Source of the DNA: Bacteroidales bacterium
Lineage (GTDB): Bacteria; Bacteroidota; Bacteroidia; Bacteroidales; VadinHA17
DNA length: 64,000 bases
Reading direction: 5' to 3'
Assembly (NCBI GenBank): GCA_025454795.1
Contig: JALONT010000007.1
Span: 550 to 64,549, forward strand
In this document: positions 1 to 10,762 of the stretch, in pieces
Position numbering within the stretch: position 1 is the first letter of the stretch
Layout of the letters: every line of letters starts with the position of its first letter
Translations under genes and position numbers: made by a program
The notes under the pieces: model-generated
What the model was told of the DNA's origin: nothing
Database searches by the model: none
What the model saw: only the letters and a program-made list of their open reading frames with translations

Positions 1-2867
1 GGCTCCATTCCGGATTCAATATCGAGATTGACAATAGTGTGATACTCTCGTCTGCCGTTGAAGCAACAATAGCAGGGTCGGCAACCGATCAGAAACTGGA
101 AAACTGGCTCAATGAATATGTTTCATCAAACCTCGATGATGAAAAGAGCTGGAACCTGAAAGAGGGAATGCTGATGCTTTCCAGGGAGCTTTTCAAAGAG
201 AATTTCAGGATAATGTCAGAGGATCAGTCGGAAAAACTTGCGGATAAGGACTTCCTTCTGGACTATATTGAAAAATTAAAGTCACTCTCAGCATCTTTTA
301 CCATTGAATTGCAGAAACACGGGCAAAAATGTCTTGAGATATTCAGCGATTATGGATTAACTGACGATATGTTCTTCGGTAAAAGCAGGGGAGTCCCTGG
401 TTATATAAGATCCATTGTACTTGGTAAGATCAGCAAACCATCTGAAAGCGCCAGACATATTCAGGGCAATCCTCCCCGATGGTCAACCGGAGAACCCTCC
501 CCGGAACTCCTTGAAGCAATAAATGGCGGACTGGGTGGAGCAGTAAATGAAGCCATCACATATTATGATACTAATATCCTTAACTATAATAGTGCAAAAG
601 CAGTTCTTTCAAACATTTTCGCTTTGGGTATACTGAGGGATGTCCGGGAAAATGTCCGTAAGATTACTACTTCAGAAAACACTTTCCTGATATCTGATGC
701 AGGAGATCTGCTCTACCGGTTGATCCGTGGCGACCAGACTCCATTTATTTATGAAAAGATAGGAAACAGGTTCGAAAATTATATGATAGATGAGTTCCAG
801 GATACCTCGTGGCTCCAATGGAAAAATTTCAGTTCCCTGATAGAAGAAAGCATGGGAAGGAGCTGTGATAATCTTGTTGTAGGGGATGTAAAACAGTCAA
901 TATATCGTTTCAGGAACAGCGACTGGAAGATCCTTGGAAAAACACTTCATAATCTCATTGAAAATGAGAGATTCCTGAGCAAACCCCTTGTGACAAACTG
1001 GAGAAGCCGTTCAAATATTATCAGGTTTAATAATGCTCTGTTCACCGTTATCCCGGAAATATTTGACAGCAAACTACCTGAGAATTCTGATTTTATTAAG
1101 TTTACAGAACTCTATTCTGAAGCAGTCCAGAAAGATCCCCGGAAGGATAACAGCGGATACGTGAGAATTGAGTTTATTGAAAATGAGAAGCCTGTTGCTG
1201 ATGATGATTCTCAGGAAGATGACACAGCTGATACATCAAAATGGAATAAGAAAGTTCTTGAAAAATTACCTTCAGTTGTTGAGGCATTACAGGACAGCGG
1301 GTATAATGCTTCAGATATAGGGATTCTTGTAAGGAGCGGGAAGGAGGGAGCCGATGTTCTTAAAACGCTGATCGGCTATGCTTATACATGTCCGCCCGAT
1401 AGGAAAACCAGGTACAATTATAATGTGGTATCAAATGATTCCCTTGTTCTCTCAAATTCACCGGCAATAATATTTATAATATCCGTGCTTAAGGTGCTGA
1501 GTGATCCTCATGACACAATAAGTATGGCTCAGATACTGCGGTTTTACCTCCTGGCAAAAGGAGATGAGTCTTCTGATACTGTTTCTCTTCGTCCTGATAA
1601 AATATTGGAAAATGCATCCGCCCTTTTACCTGAGGATTTTACAATGTTCTTTGAGAAAGCCAGGCAGATGACACTCTATGAAGCTACCGAATATATAATT
1701 GGATTCTTTGGCATAGGAAATTATCCGTGGAATGTATCATATCTCAGCACTTTTCAGGATCTGGTGATAAATTTCACAGGAAGCAGGAATACTGACTTCC
1801 TGTCATTTATTGACTGGTGGGAAACAACAGGAAAATCCGAATCAGTTGTTCTTCCTGCAAACCAGGATGCAGCTAAGGTTTTTACAATTCATAAGTCAAA
1901 GGGACTTGAGTTTAAGGTAGTTATCCTTCCGTTCATCTCCTGGCATGACGACCATGAGTCTACAAAACATCCAATACTGTGGGTAAAGCCGGAAAAAGAA
2001 CCATTTGACATGCTGGGTATTGTTCCCGTGAGATATAACTCAGGTCTGTCAGATACAATTTTTGAAGCGGATTATCTTGAAGAGAAGTATTCTGCATATA
2101 TAGATAACCTGAATCTCCTATATGTTGCCATGACGAGGGCTGTTGACGTAATATGGGGTTTTGCGCCGGATGAGCCTGGAAAGAATAATGGTCTGGCACT
2201 CATTCTTAAGGAGGCACTTACAGGAGATCAATATGCTAAGGCTGAAACAGGTATAGCTCTGAAAACTTTTTACAATGGAGAGAAAAAATTATTTGAATAT
2301 GGGAAAATACCGGAGAATAAAGGCACCATAAGAGTAGAAAATGATTTCCCTTCGTTTAGTTACACTGTAACATCAGGTCCGGAGACCCTGAAGCTTAAGC
2401 TCCATGGTGAGAATTACTTTTCATCAGGGCGCAAAGATGCTGATAGAAAGATCAATTACGGAAAACTGATGCATGAGGTTTTCGAAGGGATAGATACTGC
2501 TGAGGATATCGCTGCAGCAGTCAGCAGGATAGTAATGGAAGGCAAATTACCTGGATCAGAATCAGCCTTCCTTATTACAAAACTTTATTCACTGATTTCT
2601 GCTCAGCCTGTTTCTGACTGGTTCAGACCAGGGAATAGTGTTATGAAAGAAACTGACATACTGCTGCCGTCCGGAGTGACAAAGCGCCCCGACAGGGTCA
2701 TATTAATGGATGGAAAAGCTGTTGTCATTGATTTTAAATTTGGAGTAGAGAATAAGCATTATACAGAACAAATTGAACAATATCGTAATCTCCTGGCTGA
2801 TATGGGTTACAGAGATATTGATGCTTTCTTGTGGTACGTCGATAATAATAAGATCGTAAGAGCCTGA
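1..2867 (+). CDS. UvrD/AddA-type helicase-nuclease, C-terminal portion (gene begins upstream of window)
   Basis: The frame is open from base 3, so the Met listed at 39 is not the start. UvrD-type motifs DEFQDTS, VGDVKQSIYRFRN, FTIHKSKGLEF, LLYVAMTRA. C-terminal PD-(D/E)XK-like DRVIL..VIDFKFG. Confidence 0.8.
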   Translation, partial: LHSGFNIEIDNSVILSSAVEATIAGSATDQKLENWLNEYVSSNLDDEKSWNLKEGMLMLSRELFKENFRIMSEDQSEKLADKDFLLDYIEKLKSLSASFTIELQKHGQKCLEIFSDYGLTDDMFFGKSRGVPGYIRSIVLGKISKPSESARHIQGNPPRWSTGEPSPELLEAINGGLGGAVNEAITYYDTNILNYNSAKAVLSNIFALGILRDVRENVRKITTSENTFLISDAGDLLYRLIRGDQTPFIYEKIGNRFENYMIDEFQDTSWLQWKNFSSLIEESMGRSCDNLVVGDVKQSIYRFRNSDWKILGKTLHNLIENERFLSKPLVTNWRSRSNIIRFNNALFTVIPEIFDSKLPENSDFIKFTELYSEAVQKDPRKDNSGYVRIEFIENEKPVADDDSQEDDTADTSKWNKKVLEKLPSVVEALQDSGYNASDIGILVRSGKEGADVLKTLIGYAYTCPPDRKTRYNYNVVSNDSLVLSNSPAIIFIISVLKVLSDPHDTISMAQILRFYLLAKGDESSDTVSLRPDKILENASALLPEDFTMFFEKARQMTLYEATEYIIGFFGIGNYPWNVSYLSTFQDLVINFTGSRNTDFLSFIDWWETTGKSESVVLPANQDAAKVFTIHKSKGLEFKVVILPFISWHDDHESTKHPILWVKPEKEPFDMLGIVPVRYNSGLSDTIFEADYLEEKYSAYIDNLNLLYVAMTRAVDVIWGFAPDEPGKNNGLALILKEALTGDQYAKAETGIALKTFYNGEKKLFEYGKIPENKGTIRVENDFPSFSYTVTSGPETLKLKLHGENYFSSGRKDADRKINYGKLMHEVFEGIDTAEDIAAAVSRIVMEGKLPGSESAFLITKLYSLISAQPVSDWFRPGNSVMKETDILLPSGVTKRPDRVILMDGKAVVIDFKFGVENKHYTEQIEQYRNLLADMGYRDIDAFLWYVDNNKIVRA

Positions 2868-3832
2868 TGCAGTTTAAAAGTACAAATCGTCATATTTTCC
2901 CATGGGGCAATGACCGGAGGTTCAATGCCTATTCAAATTATTTCAGAAAGCTTTATGGTGCAAGAATCCAGAAGGTTTTGGTAGATGCCGGTTTTACTTG
3001 TCCGAACCGCGACGGTACGAGGGGAACAGGAGGCTGTACCTACTGCAATAATGATGCTTTCAATCCTTCCTACTGTCTTCCCGGGAAATCTGTAACGCAG
3101 CAGATAGAGGAGGGGATCTTATTCCATAAAAAGAGATACCGCGAAGCCAGTTCGTATCTGGCTTATTTTCAGGCATATTCAAATACCTATGCACCTCTTT
3201 CTAAATTAAAAAGGCTATATGAAGAGGCTCTGAATTACCCCGGAGTCATAGGACTGATAATTGGTACCAGACCTGATTGCATTGATGATAAGAAGCTTGA
3301 ATACATTAAGTCACTGTCACAAAGGTGCTACCTTTCAGTGGAATATGGCATAGAATCATGTTATGACAAAACGCTCAGGAGGATTAACAGAGGACATACT
3401 TTCAGAGAGGCAGTTGATGTTTTAAAAGCGACAGCTGCACTTGGTATAAATACCGGTGCCCATTTCATTTTCGGATTGCCGGGAGAATCCAGGGAAGATA
3501 TGCTCAAAGAGGCTGCCATTATCTCTGAACTGCCGCTGAAAACCGTTAAATTCCATCAGCTCCAGATTATTAAAGGTACGGTAATGGAAAATGAATATCT
3601 GCATAAGCCTTCTGATTTTCAGTTATTTACATGGGGAGAGTACCTGGAATTCTTCATCCGGTTTCTTGAAAGACTGAATCCGGAAATCGTAGTTGAGAGG
3701 TTTACAGGTGAAGCACCTCCCCGTTTTCTCAATGGCCCGTATTGGGGCAAAAAAAGAGCCGACGAGATTGTATCACTTGTAGAGAAAAGACTTGCAGAGC
3801 TTGATACCTGGCAGGGGAGACTCTTCTCATAG
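2867..3832 (+). CDS. TIGR01212-family radical SAM protein
   Basis: GFTCPNRDGTRGTGGCTYCN cysteine motif typical of this family. The start overlaps the upstream stop (TGATG). Confidence 0.85.
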   Translation: MQFKSTNRHIFPWGNDRRFNAYSNYFRKLYGARIQKVLVDAGFTCPNRDGTRGTGGCTYCNNDAFNPSYCLPGKSVTQQIEEGILFHKKRYREASSYLAYFQAYSNTYAPLSKLKRLYEEALNYPGVIGLIIGTRPDCIDDKKLEYIKSLSQRCYLSVEYGIESCYDKTLRRINRGHTFREAVDVLKATAALGINTGAHFIFGLPGESREDMLKEAAIISELPLKTVKFHQLQIIKGTVMENEYLHKPSDFQLFTWGEYLEFFIRFLERLNPEIVVERFTGEAPPRFLNGPYWGKKRADEIVSLVEKRLAELDTWQGRLFS

Positions 3833-3905
3833 TTTGGGATCGAAACAAATACATATACCCAATGGAATGAAAATGCAGCTTTTAGTTAAATTTGAAATGA
3901 TAAAT

Positions 3906-3913
3906 TAATTTTG
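3906..3913 (+). promoter_or_regulatory. -7 box TAATTTTG for the sulfatase-family gene
   Basis: Exact TAnnTTTG, 48 nt upstream of ATG 3961. Confidence 0.4.
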
Positions 3914-3960
3914 CATGACCTCACGTTTTAACTTTTATTGGATCAATAAATTCTTATTTA

Positions 3961-6015
3961 ATGAATAACCGTTATCTCAATTTTCTAACCTCGGTGAAAA
4001 TTCTTTTCCGGATTTTTCTACTTGGCCTTTTAATTTTATTCATATCGAAACTTATCTTCCTGTTTGCGTTTGGCGTTTATGATGATTTACAGGGCTATTT
4101 ACCTGATTTGTTTCGTGCTTTTGTTATGGGATTCCGGTTTGATGTAAAAGTACTTGGATATGGATTATTTCCTCTGATGTTATTATGTTTTACCGGTTTT
4201 TTAAATAGTAAGAATCCTGAATCTAATGGTTTATTTAACAGAATATCACTGATTTATGGTGTTGTGATCTTAATGCTGTTTATTATAATTTCTGTAATAG
4301 ATTTTTTTTACTTCAAGTTTTTCCATACCAGGATAAGCGTAATTTTCTTTGGCATCATTGAGGATGATACTTCTGCTGTACTTAAATCTGTCTGGACCGA
4401 TTATCCAATGATACTAATCCTGATATCACTTTCTGTTATTGGCATATTGTTGTATTTTGTCCTTCATAAATTGGTAAGGACAGCAGTTAAACATAGTTAC
4501 CTGCAGAATGTTTGGCTCAGGGTGATCTTTGTATTTCTTTTCATTGGTATCTATGTTCTTGCTTCACGTGGTACACTTGAAATGTTTCCCCTGGGTGCCC
4601 ATAACTCTACAGTATCTGGGAATACCTTTGTGAATACTCTTACACAGAATGGCATTACTTCGCTTCAGACCGCATATTCAGACAGAAAAGTGTCAATAAG
4701 CACTGATATAGCTCAAATGCTCCTGGAATACAATTTTGACAACCAGGAAGAGGCTGTCATCGAATATCTAGGAAAAACAGATATTGATACAATAAATATT
4801 ACAAGCAATTTATTATCAACTACTCCTGAGGACTTGTTTCTCAAAAATAATCCTCCGAACGTAGTCTTTTTATTCATGGAAAGCATGAGTAGTTACTACT
4901 ACGAATTGCATTCTTCACAAACAAATCTTTTCGGGAAATTAGAGGATCAGCTTAGGTGTTGCTATGTTTTCAGGAATTTTCTTTCCAATACTAATGGCAC
5001 AATTTCTTCACTTGAAAGTGTTATGGTTGGAACCCCCAGGTCCCCTTTATCTCAATCAGTTTATCAGACAAGATCACTTTTATCATCTGTGGCAAAACCG
5101 TTTTATGATAATGGTTATAATACTTATTTTGTAACAGGCGGCAAATTAGGCTGGCGGAGCCTGGATAAATTCATATACAATCAGTACTTTGAAAATGTTG
5201 AAGGGGAAGCCACACTTAAAAAGTTGTATCCGGATGCCAAAACCTGCGAATGGGGAGTCCATGATGAAAATGTTTTTGACCGGATTTATCAGATACTAAG
5301 TGCTGATTCACAAAAACCCAGGTTCATCTTTACGTTGACAATATCCAACCATACTCCATTTGAAACGCCCAAATCATATTCGAATTATCCTTTAAACGTT
5401 ACTGATGAGATAAAATCGAAATTAAAAACAACTCCTGAAATAGCATATAAAAACTTATTGTCCTATCAGTACTCCAATAATTGCCTTGGTCAGTTTATTG
5501 AGGATCTGAGAAAATCTCCTCTGGGTGAGAATACCATTGTTGTGGCTACCGGTGATCACAATACACTTCAGTTATTTGAATTTACCGATAAGGACTTATT
5601 ACGAAAATATTCTGTCCCTTTTATTATTTATATACCTGAAAAGTACAAACCTGAAGGTATGGTGAATACTAAGAGGTTTGGATCGCATAAGGATATATTT
5701 CCAACCATATTCAATCTGTCATTATCAAATGCCTCCTATCTGAATACAGGTAATAATATGCTTTCTGAGGAGAGCATTTCCGATTTTGGTGTTTATAACT
5801 ATTATTTTGCAATAGGTTCAGCTGGTTGTGTTGATTTTCAGCAAAATCCGCTTTACTATTCATGGGAAGACAGTTCATATACAAATCTTATACCTTTAGG
5901 ACAAAATCATAATTCTGGTTTGGACAGCCTCTACTTAAAGGCAAAAGCATATATCGCTTCGATGAACATTTATATCATGACCGATCTGAGAAGTAAACGG
6001 GTGGGAGAACATTAG
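3961..6015 (+). CDS. LTA-synthase/sulfatase-family membrane protein (alkaline phosphatase superfamily)
   Basis: Multi-TM N-terminus followed by a sulfatase-like domain (VVFLFMESM, ATGDHN). A TAATTTTG box lies 48 nt upstream. Confidence 0.75.
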   Translation: MNNRYLNFLTSVKILFRIFLLGLLILFISKLIFLFAFGVYDDLQGYLPDLFRAFVMGFRFDVKVLGYGLFPLMLLCFTGFLNSKNPESNGLFNRISLIYGVVILMLFIIISVIDFFYFKFFHTRISVIFFGIIEDDTSAVLKSVWTDYPMILILISLSVIGILLYFVLHKLVRTAVKHSYLQNVWLRVIFVFLFIGIYVLASRGTLEMFPLGAHNSTVSGNTFVNTLTQNGITSLQTAYSDRKVSISTDIAQMLLEYNFDNQEEAVIEYLGKTDIDTINITSNLLSTTPEDLFLKNNPPNVVFLFMESMSSYYYELHSSQTNLFGKLEDQLRCCYVFRNFLSNTNGTISSLESVMVGTPRSPLSQSVYQTRSLLSSVAKPFYDNGYNTYFVTGGKLGWRSLDKFIYNQYFENVEGEATLKKLYPDAKTCEWGVHDENVFDRIYQILSADSQKPRFIFTLTISNHTPFETPKSYSNYPLNVTDEIKSKLKTTPEIAYKNLLSYQYSNNCLGQFIEDLRKSPLGENTIVVATGDHNTLQLFEFTDKDLLRKYSVPFIIYIPEKYKPEGMVNTKRFGSHKDIFPTIFNLSLSNASYLNTGNNMLSEESISDFGVYNYYFAIGSAGCVDFQQNPLYYSWEDSSYTNLIPLGQNHNSGLDSLYLKAKAYIASMNIYIMTDLRSKRVGEH

Positions 6016-6037
6016 CAGATCAGACAACTAGCCTATT

Positions 6038-8950
6038 ATGACTTATTTTCTGGAAAGAATTGCCAGGCTTCTTTTTGATGAGTGTGGAAATGACCTCAGG
6101 AAACATTGTCTTGTATTTCCTAACAGAAGGGCCGGATTGTATTTTCTAAAATATCTTGCATCTGAGATATCAAAACCTGTCTGGTCACCTGCAATAATGA
6201 CGATAAATGACCTCTTCAGGTCACTATCAAAACTTCATCCGGCGGAAAATGAAATCCTTCTTTTCGAACTCTTTAAAGTGTACAAATCAATAAAAAAATC
6301 AGGAGAGAACTTCGATGATTTTTATTTCTGGGGAGATATGCTCCTGAACGACTTTGACGATGTCGATAAATACCTTGCCGATGTTCAGAAACTGTTCAGA
6401 AATGTACTCGATCTTAAAAAGATAGATGAACAGTTTGGCGGACTTACCCCGGAACAAGCTGAGATTGTCAAAAGGTTCTGGATCAATTTTAATCCTGCAA
6501 AGTCTTCAGATGAAAAGGCTAAGTTTATCGGCATATGGGAGATTCTTTACGATCTCTATAACAGGTTCAGAGAAAAGCTGAAAGACAAAAACCTTGCGTA
6601 TGAAGGAATGATCTTCAGAGACGTTATTGAGAATCATGATTGGAATGATCTTACAGGTTTAAAATGGGAAATGATCCATTTCATCGGGTTTAACGCACTG
6701 AATGCATGTGAGAGAGAAATCATGCTGATCCTGAAAAAAGAGGGGAAGGCACGATTCTACTGGGATTATGATAATTCATATCTGGATAAAGGCAGACTCA
6801 ACTCTGCAGGATTTTTCCTGAAAGACAATATCCGGACATTCGGTAACGATATGCCTGAAGACTGGGAATACGATACGATTCTTTCAAAACCCGGGATCGA
6901 AGTTAAACGCCGTATAATAGACACATCTTCAGATATTTCACAGGTGAAGCTGATCCCTGATCTTATTGGTCAGCTGCCTGGCCTGACCCCGGAAAATTCA
7001 CATCATACAGCAGTTATTCTTGCCGATGAGAAACTTTTGCTTCCACTTCTGACAAGTCTGCCCGGAAATGTTAAAGACATTAATATCACAATGGGTTTTC
7101 CGCTTAAACAGACATCCGTCTATTTGCTGGTAAAAAATCTTCTTGAAATGCAGCGAAATGCACGGGTCAGAGATGATGTTGTTATATTCAGCCGCGACGA
7201 TGTAATAAGAATACTAAAAGACAGCCTGATTACCGGTCTCCTGGATGAGCAGGATGATCTGATTAAAAAGGAGATCTCTGAAAAATGTTCAGTATGGATT
7301 GACTCCGGCAGGTTTGTGAAGTCGGAAAAATTATCCGGAATATTCTGGAAACCATCAACACCTGCTCTGATGTCCGGCTATCTGAAATCGGTACTGATGA
7401 TGGTCGTGTCTGACGGAGCTGAAGATGGCTCGGCACAGGCTGGAAGTATTCTGCCGGTCAGTATAAGAAATGAATTTGTATACAGGTCAATCCTTTCTGT
7501 GAACAGACTTGATTCAATCTCCGGAGATCCGGATGTAAGTTTCAATATTAATACATGGGCTTCAATCCTTGACAGACTATTAATGGTGCAGTCAGTGCCA
7601 TTTTCAGGGGAACCTCTCTCGGGAATTCAAATCATGGGTATTCTTGAAACAAGAACACTCGATTTTAAAAACCTCATATTCCTTTCGGTAAATGAAGGGA
7701 TACTCCCTGCAGTTTCGGCTCCATCATCCTTTATCCCATTTAGTCTTCGCGATGCCTTCGGACTTCCTTCGATAAATCACCAGGAATCCATCTATGCATA
7801 CCATTTCTACCGGTTGCTCCACAAAGCTGAAAACATAACTTTCATTTATAACTCAAATCCCGATAGCAAGGGAGGTGGTGAAATGAGCAGGTTTCTGCAA
7901 CAGATGAAATATGAGCAGCTTAAAAAACCTGAATTCCTGAATCTGAGTTTTGAAATAAAGAATCCCCGTACAGTAAGTACAACAGTTGAAAGGACAGGAG
8001 AACATACTCTTCGACTGAATTCGCGGTTTAGAGATAATGTTCTGGTGACTGATAAAGCAAAGCAGAAAAGACTATCTCCATCAGCAATAAACACCTGGCT
8101 GACCTGCAGGATGATGTTTTATTACCGCTATGTGAATGATCTGAGGGAGCCTGATAATAAATTTAAGGAGATTGATCCGGCGAAACTAGGCACCCTTCTC
8201 CATGAGGTTATGAAAAATATCTGGGCTCCCTACACAGGCACGGAAGTTGATGATTCCGTAATAGATAATATAATTTCAGATAAGCTGACTCTTTCGCAAT
8301 TGATCACGAATGCAATCAATGAGAAATTTGAAAGGGTTGATGATTCCGCTATTGCTGCCAACGAAAAGATAGTAAGAAATGTGCTGCTTAAGTACATTTA
8401 CAGGGTCATGGAGTTTGACAGAAAAGCTGCACCATTTAATATTATAGGTTTGGAGAGACCGGTTGTTTTCAGCATGATCCTGGAAAATGATGGGATGCAG
8501 ACTGAATTGAAAATAGGAGGGGTGACCGACCGCATTGATATTAGTGATGGCATTACCAGGATCGTGGACTATAAAACAGGAAAAACAGCAGATTCAATAA
8601 AATCAGTTAATGCACTTTTTGAGAATAACAGGAAAAAAGATGCAGACGCCTGGCTTCAGACATTACTGTATTGCGAGGGATATCTTTATGAAGGTCACGG
8701 AGTAAAACTTACTCCATCTGTTTATAAGATCAAAAGGGTGCCGGGGGAAAATTTCACTGATAAACTCATTATTAAGCCAGGTAAAAAGGAAGAGGTGTTT
8801 GTGGATGATTATTTGACAATAAGAGGGGAGTTCCTTAATGGATTGCAGAATGTTGTGAAAGACATTTTCAGCAATGATGAACCATTTGTGATGATTCCAG
8901 GAAACTGGGAATGCAGATATTGTCCCTACAGAATATTATGTATGAGATAG
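6038..8950 (+). CDS. AddB-like PD-(D/E)XK nuclease with C-terminal Fe-S cysteine cluster
   Basis: C-terminal nuclease motif DRIDISDG..IVDYKTGK. Cys in LTCRMMFYYRY plus CRYCPYRILC, the AddB-type 4-Cys arrangement. Confidence 0.75.
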   Translation: MTYFLERIARLLFDECGNDLRKHCLVFPNRRAGLYFLKYLASEISKPVWSPAIMTINDLFRSLSKLHPAENEILLFELFKVYKSIKKSGENFDDFYFWGDMLLNDFDDVDKYLADVQKLFRNVLDLKKIDEQFGGLTPEQAEIVKRFWINFNPAKSSDEKAKFIGIWEILYDLYNRFREKLKDKNLAYEGMIFRDVIENHDWNDLTGLKWEMIHFIGFNALNACEREIMLILKKEGKARFYWDYDNSYLDKGRLNSAGFFLKDNIRTFGNDMPEDWEYDTILSKPGIEVKRRIIDTSSDISQVKLIPDLIGQLPGLTPENSHHTAVILADEKLLLPLLTSLPGNVKDINITMGFPLKQTSVYLLVKNLLEMQRNARVRDDVVIFSRDDVIRILKDSLITGLLDEQDDLIKKEISEKCSVWIDSGRFVKSEKLSGIFWKPSTPALMSGYLKSVLMMVVSDGAEDGSAQAGSILPVSIRNEFVYRSILSVNRLDSISGDPDVSFNINTWASILDRLLMVQSVPFSGEPLSGIQIMGILETRTLDFKNLIFLSVNEGILPAVSAPSSFIPFSLRDAFGLPSINHQESIYAYHFYRLLHKAENITFIYNSNPDSKGGGEMSRFLQQMKYEQLKKPEFLNLSFEIKNPRTVSTTVERTGEHTLRLNSRFRDNVLVTDKAKQKRLSPSAINTWLTCRMMFYYRYVNDLREPDNKFKEIDPAKLGTLLHEVMKNIWAPYTGTEVDDSVIDNIISDKLTLSQLITNAINEKFERVDDSAIAANEKIVRNVLLKYIYRVMEFDRKAAPFNIIGLERPVVFSMILENDGMQTELKIGGVTDRIDISDGITRIVDYKTGKTADSIKSVNALFENNRKKDADAWLQTLLYCEGYLYEGHGVKLTPSVYKIKRVPGENFTDKLIIKPGKKEEVFVDDYLTIRGEFLNGLQNVVKDIFSNDEPFVMIPGNWECRYCPYRILCMR

Positions 8951-9000
8951 CCTCAGTTAGACCTACTAATCATTTCTTTTATTAATTTAGTGTTTAATTC

Positions 9001-9006
9001 AGGAGG
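9001..9006 (+). promoter_or_regulatory. Shine-Dalgarno-like AGGAGG, 6-nt spacer to ATG 9013
   Basis: Read directly: aggagggacaggATG. Confidence 0.5.
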
Positions 9007-9012
9007 GACAGG

Positions 9013-10761
9013 ATGAAAACTGGGTACAAGAATTACCGGATTGAGATTAATAATATCAAATTCGTTGCTGATGATGGCAGGACATGCCCAAGAACGGCTA
9101 TTGTGACCTTTTTTGATCATGAAGGTAAGGAGTATGATACTGAATTGTTCGGTGCCGTTGAGCTAAACTGGATCTATGACCAGATAAAGGAAGGCAAAGA
9201 GATATCACTGGATAATTTTTATGTTTCTGAATTCTCCCTTTCAGCCTACAGGAGGCATTACAATATTGAAAAGAAGGAGCTTATACCGGTTAAAGGTATT
9301 TCTGCAAAAAATGCATTCTTCGAATCAAAATTGTGTACGGATTTTTCATATGCCTCATTCGCAGACGGAGAAGTAAGCTTTGAAGGAACACATTTTGCTA
9401 AAGGGAAAGTAGCCTTTACCGGTTCTGTTTTCGGTATCGGAAATGTGAACTTTTCAAACACTTTTTTCAGGGATGGAAATATTGAATTTGACGGAACCAC
9501 CTTTGGCGAAGGAGATTTTTTGTTCAAAAATGCCCTGGTCAATAACGGCATTAAAGATTTTCAGGATATTCAATTCGGAAACGGGGAAGTGAGTTTTGCA
9601 AATACAGAGTTCAACTCCGGTGAGCTTCTTTTCATTAATACGCGTTTCAACAGCGGTAAATTCAATTTTAAAGTAACCCGGATAGCAGGAGGGAAAGTGG
9701 ATTTTCACTATTCGGTATTTGGTAACTGCGAGATCACATTTGAAAGGACTGAATTTGGAAACAGCAGGGTCGACTTCAGGACTGTGGATTTCGGTTCGGG
9801 AAGAATTAATTTCAACCGTTCTGTCTTTGGCAATGGAGAGGTAAACTTTGAGGGTGCCTCATGCAAAGCAGGCAAAATCCAGTTCAAGAAAGCAGAAATG
9901 GGTTCCGGTCCCAAAAACTTCAATCTCATGGAGATGGAAGATACAGAAATCAGTTTTGAAAGAACCGAATTTGGCGACGGTGATGTAAGTTTTTATGAAT
10001 CAATGTTTCACACAATATCTCTTAAGTCATGTCACTTCAAACATTATATTGATCTCAGGATTTCTGCAGCCCAATTGCTTGATCTTTCTGATACCATAGT
10101 CCGTGATATTGTCGACCTTGAACCTTATGACTTTCCTGTCGGAATAAAAGTGCTTGATATGTCAGGAATGAGGCTTATCGGGAAAATTTATATCGACTGG
10201 AAAAATAATAAATGCCTTTCCCTTATCAGTCATCAGGAAAATACAAATCTCCGGCAGAAGGCAGAACAATTCAGGATTCTGAAGGAGAATTTCAGCAGCA
10301 TAGGTAAGTATAATGATGAAGATGAGGCTTACGTTATGTTTAAACGTTATGAGGCTAAATCATGGATCACAGAGCAGGAGGAGAAAGGTGGCATTACAAA
10401 AATCGCCAGTTACATACCGCATGGCTTCAAGTGGCTGGTATTTGATAAGATTGGTCTGTATGCAACTTCACCAGGCAGGGTACTATTGAGTGTTCTCGTT
10501 TTCTGGTTTTGTTTCGGATTTATTTTTTTTATTACCGAAATATCAGGGCTTGGCAGGACTGCATCAGCTGTTGGAAATCCAGATGGGCTTTCCATTCTGT
10601 TTCAATCATATTATCACAGTGCAATTACATTTTTTACTATTGGCTACGGGGATGTGTATCCGATGGGCCTAAGCCGGATATTCTCAGGCTTGGAAGGATT
10701 TATGGGAGTATTTATGATGTCTTATTTTACAGTGGCTTTCGTCAGGAAAGTACTGAGATAG
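9013..10761 (+). CDS. Pentapeptide-repeat (beta-helix) protein fused to a 2-TM potassium-channel pore
   Basis: About 250 aa of approximately 20-residue F.(G/N)G.V.F..T.F repeats, then two TM helices flanking the selectivity filter FFTIGYGDVYP. Canonical AGGAGG lies 6 nt before the ATG. Confidence 0.75.
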   Translation: MKTGYKNYRIEINNIKFVADDGRTCPRTAIVTFFDHEGKEYDTELFGAVELNWIYDQIKEGKEISLDNFYVSEFSLSAYRRHYNIEKKELIPVKGISAKNAFFESKLCTDFSYASFADGEVSFEGTHFAKGKVAFTGSVFGIGNVNFSNTFFRDGNIEFDGTTFGEGDFLFKNALVNNGIKDFQDIQFGNGEVSFANTEFNSGELLFINTRFNSGKFNFKVTRIAGGKVDFHYSVFGNCEITFERTEFGNSRVDFRTVDFGSGRINFNRSVFGNGEVNFEGASCKAGKIQFKKAEMGSGPKNFNLMEMEDTEISFERTEFGDGDVSFYESMFHTISLKSCHFKHYIDLRISAAQLLDLSDTIVRDIVDLEPYDFPVGIKVLDMSGMRLIGKIYIDWKNNKCLSLISHQENTNLRQKAEQFRILKENFSSIGKYNDEDEAYVMFKRYEAKSWITEQEEKGGITKIASYIPHGFKWLVFDKIGLYATSPGRVLLSVLVFWFCFGFIFFITEISGLGRTASAVGNPDGLSILFQSYYHSAITFFTIGYGDVYPMGLSRIFSGLEGFMGVFMMSYFTVAFVRKVLR

Positions 10762-10762
10762 C

